Shown here: positions 1 to 8,831 of the stretch, piece by piece
Numbering within the stretch: position 1 is the stretch's first letter
Layout of the letters: each line of letters begins with the position of its first letter
Made by a program: the position numbers and the translations under genes
Assembly: GCA_027064305.1 (NCBI GenBank)
Contig: JAMOPY010000028.1
Span: 1-35,682 of the forward strand
DNA from: Methanobacteriota archaeon
GTDB lineage: Archaea > JAADCQ01 > Methanopyri > Methanopyrales > Methanopyraceae
DNA: 35,682 nt
Direction: 5' to 3'
Notes under the pieces: generated by a model
The model's database searches: none
What the model saw: only the letters and a program-made list of their open reading frames with translations
Told to the model about the DNA's origin: nothing

Positions 1-3000
1 CGCCCACCTCCGTGCCCCGCTTGGGCGCGATCGCGTCGATCTCGTCGAAGAAGATGACGCACGGGGCCGTCTGCCGCGCCTTCTGGAAGATCTCCCGGAT
101 CTTCTTCTCCGAGTTGTGCAGCAGGACTCCCGCGCCTCCGACGAAGTTGTGGCCCAGCCTCACCTCCACGACGTCGTACACGTACTCGTCGTCGCGGTCC
201 AGCGGCACGATCTCCTCGACCCGATCGAAGTACAGGTGCTCGAGCCCCACCCTCAGGAGGCCACCGTTCGCGGCGACCCGGTCCGAGACGCGCTCGACCT
301 CGACGTGGACGTGCGGGCTTCCCGCGAGCTCCTCCGGGACGTCGGAGCGACCCCTGGCCTGCCCGTCCTCCGGGAGCCTCCGGGCGCGCTCGCCCTCCTC
401 GGACGGGAGCCCGACCCTCTCCAGGAACCTCCGGACGTGCTCCGGCTCGGTGATCGCGACGCGGTACCGCCCGCCCTCCCCGCACTCGCGCCTGCGGGCC
501 ACGATGCCCAGGATTTGCAGCGCGATCAGTAGCTCCTTCGCCAGCCGCCCGCTCACGGCGCCCGTCTCGATCGCTGCGGGCCGGCCGTCGGACCGCACCG
601 AGAACGAGCCATCACCGGCGTAGTACCCGCGCAGCGCGGCGGCGAGTAGCCCGGGCTTCAGCGACAGGAGCGGTCCGAACCGCCTCTCCCCCTCCTCACC
701 ACTCAACTTCTCGCACAGTCTCCTGAGCTCGCGGCTCTCGATCCGGTAGCCGTCGCCCTCGCGGTACCCGCCCTTCCATCCCCGCTCCCGCGCGATCCGG
801 TCGAGCTCCCGGATCACCTCCGGGTCATCGACGCGGATCCTGACGACCTCCCGGCCCGTCAGGTCGCCCTTGGCCACGTACAGTCCCAGCAGGAACGCCA
901 GGTCCTCGTCGACCTTGACGCCGTCGATCTCGTCCGAGTCGCCCGCCGGTAGCCTCGCCGGCAGGAGGATCCAGTCTCCCTCGGACAGCTCCGAGGTCGG
1001 CACGTCCGTGATCCTACCGTCCCGGACCGTGAACACGGAGTGGTCCTCGGTGACGATCACCTCCCGGCCCGTGCGCGTGATGAGCTTCACGAGCCCGGTC
1101 CGGCGGCGGTGTCGGGCGACCCGCTCCACCGGCGACCAGACGATGCCCTCGTCCGTCAGCGCGGCGACCTTGACGTCTCGGCCCTCCTTCCACAGCCGGT
1201 GGAGCTCCTCGATGGGCACCAGCCGGGCCTCTCCGTCGACCTTCGCCCAGACGACCTCGTCGCCCGGGATCGACTCGCCCACCCACTTGCTGAGGACCTC
1301 GGGTCCGCGGACCGCGATGAAGTTGGCGTCGGACTCGTTCGCGACGGCCTTGGCGAGGAGGGTCTTACCCGTGCCCGGCGGGCCGTACAGCAGGATCCCG
1401 CGCGGGGGGCGCGTGCCGAGCCGCTCGTAGACCTCCGGGTACTTCAGCGGGTACTCCACGGCCTCCTTCAGCTCCTGCTTGACGTCCTCGAGCCCGCCCA
1501 CGTCGTCCCAGGACACGTCCGGTACCTCGACGATGACCTCGCGGAGGGCCGAGGGCTCGATCTCCTTCAGCGCCTCCATGAAGTCGTCCATCGTGACCTT
1601 GAGCTCCTCCTTGAGCTCGACCTCCTCCGCCTCGAGCACCTTCTCCAGGGCCTCGGAGTACTCGATCTCCTCCTTCTCCTCGACCTCCTCCGCCTCCTCG
1701 AGGACGCGCCGCAGCGCGCGCTTCTTCTCCTCGGAGATCTCGGCCCGGTCGAGCCCCTTCTCCAGGACCTCCCGCAGCTCCTCGTCGGACAGCTCCGAGA
1801 TCTTCTCGGAGACCTCCTCTCCCTCCTCGCCCTCCCGCTCGGCCAGCTTGGCGCCCAGGCGCCGGATCGCCCGGCGCAGCGCCTTGAGCCCGGCGGTCTT
1901 GCACAGGGCCTCGAGGTCGGCGCCCGTGAACCCGTGCGTGAGCTCGGCGAGCTTGTCCAGGTCCACGTCGTCGGCGAGCGGCATGTCCCGCGTGTGGATC
2001 TGCAGGATCTCCTTGCGCCCCTCCTTGTCGGGCACGCCGATCTCGATCTCCCGGTCGAAGCGGCCGGGTCGGCGCAGGGCGGGGTCGATGTCGTCGGGCC
2101 GGTTGGTGGAGGCGAGCACGACCACGCGCTCGTCCTCGGAGAGCCCGTCCATGAGGGTGAGGAGCTGGGCGACGACCCGGCGCTCGACCTCGCCCGTCTC
2201 GCCCCGCTTGGGCGCGATCGCGTCGATCTCGTCGATGTAGATGATCGCGGGCGCGTTCTTGCGCGCCTCCTCGAAGATCTCGCGGATGCGGGCCTCGCTC
2301 TCGCCGTAGTACTTGCTCATGATCTCCGGGCCGTTGATCGTGTAGAACTTGGCCCCGCACTCGTTCGCGACGGCCTTGGCGAGGAGGGTCTTACCCGTGC
2401 CCGGTGGACCGTAGAGGAGCACGCCCTTCGGCGGCTTGATGCCGAGCTCCTTGAGCAGCTCCGGGCGCTTGAGCGGGAGCTCGACGTACTCGCGGATCTG
2501 CTCGATCTCGCGGTCGAGGCCGCCGATGTCGTCGTACGTGACGTCCGGGATCTCGGCCGCCTTGGCCAGGTCCTCGGAGTAGGGCTTCACGACGATCTCG
2601 GTCTTGGGCCCGATGACCGTGGCGTCCTCGGGCTCGATCCCCACGACGAGCACGCTGTCGGGGAGCTTGACGAGGACGTGGCCGGCGATCGTCTTGCCCT
2701 GGATCTCGAGCGGGATCACGTCGCGGTGGGTGGCGGGGATGGGCTCCCGCTGGGCCTGGGTCCTCAGGTAGTCCTTGATACGGTTCAGCACGTCCCGCTC
2801 GTGCTCCCTCGTCAGCTCCTTCTCGACCTCCTCCTTCAGCCCGGCCTGCACGGGCACGACGACCTTCTCCGTGGGCATCAGCTCCACGCGCTCGGCCTCG
2901 CGCTCCTCCGCGCGCTCGACCTCGACGGGCTCGCCCACGGACGCGCCCGCGTTCTGCCGTTCGTACTTGTCCATGCGGATGATGCCCTTGCCCACGTCCT

Positions 3001-3166
3001 CGCGCTTGGCGGGCCGGACGCGCGCGACGGTGGACTTGGATCCGGTGATCTTGACCAGGTCCCCGGGCTCGACCCCGATTCGCTCCCGGGAGCGCTTATC
3101 CAGGCGCACCACGCGCTTGCCCACGTCCTCGGGGTAGGCTTTTTCAACGCGCAGCTCTATGGCCAA
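1..3166 (-). CDS. cdc48: CDC48/VCP family AAA+ ATPase containing an intein; 3' end lies outside the window
   Basis: Hand translation from TTG at 3166 (GGGGTG RBS upstream): [24 protein letters not shown]; D1 [54 protein letters not shown]; D2 [13 protein letters not shown] and [14 protein letters not shown]. Start, intein ends and exteins share one frame; not in the ORF track because no stop falls in the window. Confidence 0.95.
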   Translation of the reverse strand, partial: MAIELRVEKAYPEDVGKRVVRLDKRSRERIGVEPGDLVKITGSKSTVARVRPAKREDVGKGIIRMDKYERQNAGASVGEPVEVERAEEREAERVELMPTEKVVVPVQAGLKEEVEKELTREHERDVLNRIKDYLRTQAQREPIPATHRDVIPLEIQGKTIAGHVLVKLPDSVLVVGIEPEDATVIGPKTEIVVKPYSEDLAKAAEIPDVTYDDIGGLDREIEQIREYVELPLKRPELLKELGIKPPKGVLLYGPPGTGKTLLAKAVANECGAKFYTINGPEIMSKYYGESEARIREIFEEARKNAPAIIYIDEIDAIAPKRGETGEVERRVVAQLLTLMDGLSEDERVVVLASTNRPDDIDPALRRPGRFDREIEIGVPDKEGRKEILQIHTRDMPLADDVDLDKLAELTHGFTGADLEALCKTAGLKALRRAIRRLGAKLAEREGEEGEEVSEKISELSDEELREVLEKGLDRAEISEEKKRALRRVLEEAEEVEEKEEIEYSEALEKVLEAEEVELKEELKVTMDDFMEALKEIEPSALREVIVEVPDVSWDDVGGLEDVKQELKEAVEYPLKYPEVYERLGTRPPRGILLYGPPGTGKTLLAKAVANESDANFIAVRGPEVLSKWVGESIPGDEVVWAKVDGEARLVPIEELHRLWKEGRDVKVAALTDEGIVWSPVERVARHRRRTGLVKLITRTGREVIVTEDHSVFTVRDGRITDVPTSELSEGDWILLPARLPAGDSDEIDGVKVDEDLAFLLGLYVAKGDLTGREVVRIRVDDPEVIRELDRIARERGWKGGYREGDGYRIESRELRRLCEKLSGEEGERRFGPLLSLKPGLLAAALRGYYAGDGSFSVRSDGRPAAIETGAVSGRLAKELLIALQILGIVARRRECGEGGRYRVAITEPEHVRRFLERVGLPSEEGERARRLPEDGQARGRSDVPEELAGSPHVHVEVERVSDRVAANGGLLRVGLEHLYFDRVEEIVPLDRDDEYVYDVVEVRLGHNFVGGAGVLLHNSEKKIREIFQKARQTAPCVIFFDEIDAIAPKRGTEVG
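113..1273 (-). mobile_element. Intein (387 aa) with LAGLIDADG homing endonuclease domain, inserted in the CDC48 D2 domain
   Basis: In-frame insertion between KWVGE and [13 protein letters not shown]. Begins SIPGDEVVW, block B VTEDHSV, LAGLIDADG-like motifs LLGLYVAKG and LRGYYAGDG, ends [24 protein letters not shown] with +1 Ser. Confidence 0.93.
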
Positions 3167-3202
3167 ACGCGCCACCCCGCCGGAGTGGCCGGCCTCCTTC
3201 CT

Positions 3203-3218
3203 GAATTTATGGGTTATT
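3203..3218. promoter_or_regulatory. AT-rich TATA-like element between the divergent cdc48 and mptA genes
   Basis: GAATTTATGGGTTATT is the only AT-rich patch in the short divergent gap, about 40 nt from each start. Confidence 0.45.
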
Positions 3219-3249
3219 CGATCAGTTCTCGGCGTGGGGAGGTGGGGTG

Positions 3250-4227
3250 TTGAGGTCCTGCTTCCCCGACGTCCAGAGCGCGGATCCCCAGATCCCCGCG
3301 CACCTGACCCGGGTGGGCATCAGCGGGATCAAGAAGCTCGTGAAGATCCCGCGGACCGAGGGCCGCCCGATCATCCTCGTGTCCACGTTCAACCTCTTCG
3401 TCGACCTGCCCGCCCACCAGAAGGGCATTCACATGTCGCGCAGCCACGAGGTGCTGCAGGAGGTGTTGGAGGAGCTGGAGAAGTCCGTCGAGGAGTCGGA
3501 CACGATGATCGAGGACCTCTGCTCCCGCATCTCGCGGAAGCTGCTCGAGAGGCACGACTACGCGACCCGGTCCGAGGTGCACATGACCGGCGAGCTGATC
3601 CTACCCAAGAGGACCCCGGTCACGGGGCTCCCGACGCAGGAGCCCTACAAGATCATCGGCCGATCGGTCTCCCGGCGGACGGAGGAGGGGATCGAGACCC
3701 GGAAGATGGTGGGGGCGGAGGTGGTCGGGCTCACCGCGTGCCCCTGCGCGCTGGAGATGATCCGCGAGTACAGCCAGGAGCGGGTCCAGCGCCGGCTCGT
3801 GGAGGAGCTCGGGCTGGACGAGGAGGAGGCGGAGGAGTTGGCCCGGAAGATCATGAAAAAGGACGTGTTTCCGATGACCCACAACCAGCGCGGCGTGGGC
3901 ACGGTCATGATCGAGGTGCCGGACTCGTACAGCGTCAACATCAAGGACATCATCCGCATCGTGGAGGAGTCGATGAGCGCGCCCACGTACGAGCTGCTGA
4001 AGCGCCCGGACGAGCTGGAGGTCACCAAGCGGGCGTGCCGCAACCCGAAGTTCGTGGAGGACTGCGTGCGGGAGATGATCCGGCGGATCGTGGACGAGTT
4101 CGATCACCTGCCGGACGACGCCCTCGTGATCGTCCGACAGGTGAATCACGAGTCCATCCACAAGCACAACGCGTTCGCCGAGCGCGTCACCACCATGGGT
4201 GAGCTCAGGCGGGAGCTGGGGAGCTGA
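3250..4227 (+). CDS. mptA: GTP cyclohydrolase MptA (FolE2 family; methanopterin biosynthesis)
   Basis: [53 protein letters not shown] and ESIHKHNA motifs. RBS GGAGGTG favours TTG at 3250 (GTG at 3247 is possible). Confidence 0.93.
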   Translation: MRSCFPDVQSADPQIPAHLTRVGISGIKKLVKIPRTEGRPIILVSTFNLFVDLPAHQKGIHMSRSHEVLQEVLEELEKSVEESDTMIEDLCSRISRKLLERHDYATRSEVHMTGELILPKRTPVTGLPTQEPYKIIGRSVSRRTEEGIETRKMVGAEVVGLTACPCALEMIREYSQERVQRRLVEELGLDEEEAEELARKIMKKDVFPMTHNQRGVGTVMIEVPDSYSVNIKDIIRIVEESMSAPTYELLKRPDELEVTKRACRNPKFVEDCVREMIRRIVDEFDHLPDDALVIVRQVNHESIHKHNAFAERVTTMGELRRELGS

Positions 4228-4230
4228 ACC

Positions 4231-4800
4231 GTGCCCGGCACGCCCGTGCACATCCACCGGCTGGCCAGGCGGATCATGACGGAGCTGGACGCGTTCGAGG
4301 GCTCGCGGCCCCTGCTTGACGACGTGGACGTGCTGATCGTTCGGGGCATGAGCCGCGGCGAGTGGGACCTGGAGGATCTGACCGGGTACCTGCGGGACGT
4401 CCTGCGCCGGTGCGGCGTGGAGGTCGTCGACCACGAGTCCGAGGAGGGGCGCCGGCTCGTGGAGGCGATGGGCCGGGTCGTGGCCGAGCGGATTCAGTCC
4501 CGGTACGCCGAGGAGGAGCCGATGCCCGTGAGGCCCATCGAGGAGCCGAGCCAGATGCTGGAGGCCGCCGCGCAGGGTGAGCTCATCATCGACCCGCTCG
4601 GGTTCGAGCGCGTGCGGCGGGACCTGGAGGCGATGGGCTGCTCCGTCGGCTACGCGTTCGGCCGGTCACCGGACGACCTGGGCGTGTTCCTGGCGGCGTG
4701 GGCGGATCGGAGCGGGGTGGGGCCCAAGTCGGTCGAGCTGGTGATCGCGAACCTGAAAGGGGAGGGCGCGGTTGAGGGTGAGTCATCGGGCGGTGATTGA
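4231..4800 (+). CDS. Conserved methanogen hypothetical protein (possibly DUF2120-like)
   Basis: 189-aa ORF packed between mptA and lysA with native codon usage; N-terminal AFEGSRPLL..LIVRGMSR resembles a methanogen-specific family as I recall it. Confidence 0.65.
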   Translation: MPGTPVHIHRLARRIMTELDAFEGSRPLLDDVDVLIVRGMSRGEWDLEDLTGYLRDVLRRCGVEVVDHESEEGRRLVEAMGRVVAERIQSRYAEEEPMPVRPIEEPSQMLEAAAQGELIIDPLGFERVRRDLEAMGCSVGYAFGRSPDDLGVFLAAWADRSGVGPKSVELVIANLKGEGAVEGESSGGD

Positions 4801-6025
4801 GGTCTCCGGGCGCGAGCTCGACGACGTGCTGGAGGAATCGGGCGTCAGCACGCCCGTGTACGTGTACGACGCGGACCTGGCCGTCGAGCGGGCGCGCGAG
4901 TACCGGGAGGCCTTCTCCTGGTTCCCCGGCGACGTGCGCGTCTGCTACGCGATGAAGGCCAACTTCAACCCGCACCTCGTCGAGCACATCCTGGACGAGA
5001 CCCGCGCCGCGGACGTCGTCTCCCTCTGGGAGATGAGGATCGCCGTGGAGGCCGGCGCGGAGGAGCTCGTGGTGAACGGCAACGCGAAGTCCGACGACGA
5101 GCTCCGGGCGGCCGTCCTGAACGCCTGGGTCATCAACGTCGACTCGATGGAGGAGCTCCGCCGGGTGGAGCGCATCGCCCGGCGCGAGGAGCGGCGCGCC
5201 CGCGTCGCCCTACGCGTCAACCCCGAGGTCGACCCGGACACCCACCCGCACATCGCGACGGCCGTCGAGGGGTCCAAGTTCGGCGTCAGCCTGCGCGACG
5301 CGGAGCGCGTCTGCCGGGCCATGATCGAGTCCGAGTACGTCGAGTTCCTGGGCGTGCACTACCACATCGGCTCCCAGATCACCGACCTGGAGCCCTTCGT
5401 GGAGGCGCTCCGCTCCGTCCGCCGGTTCCTGGAGGAGACCGGGCTCGTGGAGGAGCTCCGCTACCTGAACGTCGGCGGCGGGCTCGGCGTCCCCTACCGG
5501 ATGGACGAGGACGTCCCCCGACCCCGGGACCTCGCCCGGGCGCTCCGCGAGGACCTGAAGGACCTGCACTCGGAGTCCCCCGGCTTCGACCTGTACCTGG
5601 AGCCCGGGCGGAGCATCGTGGGCGAGGCGGGCGTGCTGGTCACCCGGGTCCGCCAGCTCAAGGAGTCCGGGAACCGGCGCTGGATCTTCGTCGACGCGGG
5701 CGTGAACGCGCTCATCCGACCCGCCCTGTACGACGCGTACCACGAGGTCGTGGTGCACGGAGGGGACTACCTGGAGACCGTGAGGGCCTCCATCGCCGGG
5801 CCGCTGTGCGAGTCGGGCGACGTGCTGGCGGAGGACCGCGAGGTCCCGGCCGACGTTTCCGAGGGCGACCTGGTCGTGTTCCTGACGGCCGGCGCCTACT
5901 GCGAGTCCATGGCCTCCAACTACAACTGCCAGCCCCTGCCCGGCTCCGTGGTCGTGCGGGACGGGGAGCTGGTGGGCGTGCGGGAGGTGCAGGGGTATGA
6001 CGAGTTCCGCACCGTCTGGGAGTGA
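4772..6025 (+). CDS. lysA: Diaminopimelate decarboxylase
   Basis: TPVYVYD, YAMKAN (PLP lysine), HIGSQ, NVGGG, EPGRSIV, RPALY, GPLCESGD, GAYCESMASNYN. Confidence 0.95.
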   Translation: MRVSHRAVIEVSGRELDDVLEESGVSTPVYVYDADLAVERAREYREAFSWFPGDVRVCYAMKANFNPHLVEHILDETRAADVVSLWEMRIAVEAGAEELVVNGNAKSDDELRAAVLNAWVINVDSMEELRRVERIARREERRARVALRVNPEVDPDTHPHIATAVEGSKFGVSLRDAERVCRAMIESEYVEFLGVHYHIGSQITDLEPFVEALRSVRRFLEETGLVEELRYLNVGGGLGVPYRMDEDVPRPRDLARALREDLKDLHSESPGFDLYLEPGRSIVGEAGVLVTRVRQLKESGNRRWIFVDAGVNALIRPALYDAYHEVVVHGGDYLETVRASIAGPLCESGDVLAEDREVPADVSEGDLVVFLTAGAYCESMASNYNCQPLPGSVVVRDGELVGVREVQGYDEFRTVWE

Positions 6026-7250
6026 ACTACGGCGGCGGATCCTCGAGGCCCTGGCCGAGCGAGGCCCCAGCTCCCGCCGCGAGCTGATGGACCGGGTGCG
6101 GGGCAACCGCGGGCTCATCAGCCGGGAGATCAACGCGCTCCGAGACGAGGGGCTGCTCGAGCCCACCGACCGCGGCTTCGCGCTGACGGAGGAGGGATGG
6201 CGGGCCCTCGCCCGCCCCTCCCGCGAGTACGAGTATCGGAACCGGCCCGTGCGGCTCACCCGGGGCGGGCCGGAGGTCGAGGCCTTCCTCCGGGTTATCC
6301 GCGGCGAGTCCAAGTCCCGAACGGGCAGCATCGTGGCCACTACGCGCTGCGACATGCGGTGCAAGTTCTGCTACTACAACCTGGTGAGGGACCACGTCGA
6401 CCTGACGCCGGAGGAGATCCTCGAGGAGGCCCGACGGCGCGTGGAGGCGGGCAACAGGGAGGTCGTGATCCAGGGCGCGTCCCCGCACACGCTCGGCGCG
6501 GACCTCGTCGAGGCGGTCGAGCTGATCAAGGACGAGCTGAACGTCACCGTCGGCGTGGGCACCGGACCGCTCATCCCGACGGACCTGCTCGAGGACCTGC
6601 GGCGCGCGGGCCTGGACTACCTCAAGCTCAGCTTCTCCGGCCGCACCCGGGAGGAGTGGCGGGCCGTCACCGGCCGCTCCCGCGGGTTCGACGAGTTCTG
6701 GGAGGTCGTGGCCTGGTGCCACCGGCACGGGCTGGAGGTCACGTTCGTGGGCGGCGTGGTCGGCCTCCCGGGCATCCCGGAGGAGGCCGACGCGGAACGC
6801 GTGCTCACCATCCTTCGCCTCAACCCGGGTAAGACCGTCCTCCAGTTCAACCCGGTGCAGGACCCGGCCCGGGGCCCTCTGCGCCCGGAGAAGCTGCCCC
6901 GGATCTACGGGCTGGTGAGGGACCGCGCGCCCGACGACGTGATCCTCAAGAGCTGCTGCGTGTCCCCCGCCTCCTGGCGCCCCCTGTACGAGGTCCGGGA
7001 GCACCTGGACAAGGTCGTCTGCATGCTGGGACTCGAGTGCCGGGAGTACGACGGGTGCCCGTTCACCGGGCGCATCCTCGAGCAGCGGATCCTGAACGAG
7101 CTCTACGAGCGGGGCCCGATGGACACCCGCGAGCTCGCCCGCCGGCTGCGCGTCTCACGGCGACGCCTCCACCGCAGGCTGCGGTCCATGGAGGAGCGCG
7201 GCCTCATCGCTCGGAGGAACGATCGGTGGGTCTACGAGCGAGGCGGGTGA
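5997..7250 (+). CDS. Radical SAM protein with N- and C-terminal winged helix-turn-helix domains
   Basis: CxxxCxxC (CDMRCKFC) and a BioB-like core (LTPEEILEEAR, LRRAGLDYL); wHTH-like ends (RRILEALAERGP..LRDEGLLEP..FALTEEG and ILNELYERGPMDTRELARRL..MEERGLI). Confidence 0.8.
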   Translation: MTSSAPSGSELRRRILEALAERGPSSRRELMDRVRGNRGLISREINALRDEGLLEPTDRGFALTEEGWRALARPSREYEYRNRPVRLTRGGPEVEAFLRVIRGESKSRTGSIVATTRCDMRCKFCYYNLVRDHVDLTPEEILEEARRRVEAGNREVVIQGASPHTLGADLVEAVELIKDELNVTVGVGTGPLIPTDLLEDLRRAGLDYLKLSFSGRTREEWRAVTGRSRGFDEFWEVVAWCHRHGLEVTFVGGVVGLPGIPEEADAERVLTILRLNPGKTVLQFNPVQDPARGPLRPEKLPRIYGLVRDRAPDDVILKSCCVSPASWRPLYEVREHLDKVVCMLGLECREYDGCPFTGRILEQRILNELYERGPMDTRELARRLRVSRRRLHRRLRSMEERGLIARRNDRWVYERGG

Positions 7251-7848
7251 GCTCCCGTCGGGGGTTCCGGGTCGAGGGACGCCCCCGGACCCCGTGCGCG
7301 CGTAGGATCCGCTCGACCGACTCCCGGGTGTGCTCGAGCTCCACGACCTCGAAGCCCGCGCGCTCCATGAGCTCCCGGGCGAGCCGGTAGTAGGACTTGT
7401 CCGACGCCAGCATGGCCACGACGGGCTTCCTCAGCAGGCGTGAGGTCGCCAGAAGCAGGCCCAGCGCGAGGAGCGTGCAGGCCTCGTCCAGCCCGGGGAG
7501 TCGGGTGAGCGGTCCCTCGATGAGCGCGTCGCCGACGAGGATCGCGTCCGACCGGAGGAGCCGGATCGGGCCCGCGCGGCGGAGCGTGTTGACGAGGGTC
7601 TTAAATACGGAGAGCGGAATGTTTCCACCGAACGTCAACACGACGGGGTAGGGGCGCTCGCACGCCGCGACCGCGGTGGTGGACTTCCCCGTGCCCGGCT
7701 CCCCGACCAGCAGGACGCTGCGCCCCTCTCGGATCAGCTTTCGCACTCGGCGCACGTACTCGGTCTCGACGACCCGCTCCGGCGGCTCCTCCCAAACTTC
7801 GACGCGGAACGTTTCCGCATGATCTTTATCGGAGTTAACCTCCCTCAC
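7204..7848 (-). CDS. Small P-loop NTPase (AAA/nSTAND3-like); start uncertain
   Basis: VETEYVRRVRKLIREGRSVLLVGEPGTGKST Walker A and a weak Walker B (AILVGD). The upstream part of the 334-aa track ORF is a shadow of the divergent gene; GTG at 7848 chosen as start. Confidence 0.65.
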   Translation of the reverse strand: MREVNSDKDHAETFRVEVWEEPPERVVETEYVRRVRKLIREGRSVLLVGEPGTGKSTTAVAACERPYPVVLTFGGNIPLSVFKTLVNTLRRAGPIRLLRSDAILVGDALIEGPLTRLPGLDEACTLLALGLLLATSRLLRKPVVAMLASDKSYYRLARELMERAGFEVVELEHTRESVERILRAHGVRGRPSTRNPRRELTRLARRPTDRSSER

Positions 7849-7879
7849 GATCGCATCCAGAAGGGTGGTGAGGGCCCTC

Positions 7880-8818
7880 ATGTACGCGAGCATCGAACCC
7901 CTCCTCTCGTCACTGTCGCGCGAGTTCAACGCCGACTTCGAGGTCATCCCGGTCGCGGAGGATAATAGCGTGATCCGGGTCTCCCTCCCGGACGAGATCG
8001 TCGAGGTGTGCATGAAGCGACCGTTCATGTCCCCGTTCCTGAAGTCGCTGGCCTCGCTGGCCCGGGCCGTGGACGAGGAGATCTCCGGGCTGGAGCGGTT
8101 CGAGGTCGTGGAGCGGGACGACAACAGCATCGACATCACGTTCACGGGCGCCTCCGGCTCGGTGGAGGTGAAGATGGTCGCGGAGACCACGGTGCCGGCC
8201 AAGTTCATCGGGCACCTGCTGTCCCAGGGGATCCGGCGGTTCCGCGTGACTCACAAGACGTTCATGACCCGGCGGATGAACGACGACCTGGCCGTGATCA
8301 GCTTCGTGGACGACCGGCACTGCGACATGTACCGGGAGTACATGAAGCGCCTGGAGGACCTCGACGTCAGCTGCGCCGTGGGCTGGGTGAACCGGCTGGG
8401 GTGCGACGCCTTCTTCCCGAAGAGCGTGGAGTCCATCCTGGAGAACTGGCACAGCGTGGAGGCGGCCTCGCAGCTCATCCACGCGGGCGTGACCGACGTC
8501 ATCCTGCTCGAGCACAGCTATTCGAAGTACCTGTTCCGCGAGTTCCACAACAGGTTCCGGCACAGCTGGGAGCGGGAGGGCATCTCGTACCGCTCGCCGC
8601 TGGGGGAGCTGACCCCGGAGTACGTGGACGAGATCGTCCTCGCGCACAACTTCCTCAAGGGCCTGAGCATGGACGTGCGCGGCATGATCAACGTGACGCT
8701 GCACCGGGACCGGATGGTCGTGAAGACGAGCCGCCGGGAGTGCTCGGTCTGGTACGAGGACATCCGGAAGGACGCGATGGAGGCGATGGACGCGGTGAGC
8801 CGGGCGCTGGTGGAGTAG
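7880..8818 (+). CDS. Hypothetical protein
   Basis: 312-aa ORF with native codon bias and a GGTGGTGA RBS before ATG 7880; no family recognised. Confidence 0.75.
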   Translation: MYASIEPLLSSLSREFNADFEVIPVAEDNSVIRVSLPDEIVEVCMKRPFMSPFLKSLASLARAVDEEISGLERFEVVERDDNSIDITFTGASGSVEVKMVAETTVPAKFIGHLLSQGIRRFRVTHKTFMTRRMNDDLAVISFVDDRHCDMYREYMKRLEDLDVSCAVGWVNRLGCDAFFPKSVESILENWHSVEAASQLIHAGVTDVILLEHSYSKYLFREFHNRFRHSWEREGISYRSPLGELTPEYVDEIVLAHNFLKGLSMDVRGMINVTLHRDRMVVKTSRRECSVWYEDIRKDAMEAMDAVSRALVE

Positions 8819-8831
8819 GGGCGGGGCGCCC

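Noticed and set aside
3128-3140. 13-nt match between the sRNA D' guide region (AGCCTACCCCGAG) and the 5' end of cdc48
   Set aside because: It is the same sense as the cdc48 mRNA, so it cannot pair with it; a chance match is plausible in GC-rich DNA.
1040-3253. 737-aa plus-strand ORF and similar long ORFs (8916-11072, 23479-24816, 32442-34259, 34199-35680)
   Set aside because: Antisense shadows of real genes caused by high GC3 bias; no motifs, and they mirror cdc48, the VWA gene, hflX, nadC/DUF1152 and the RsmB gene.
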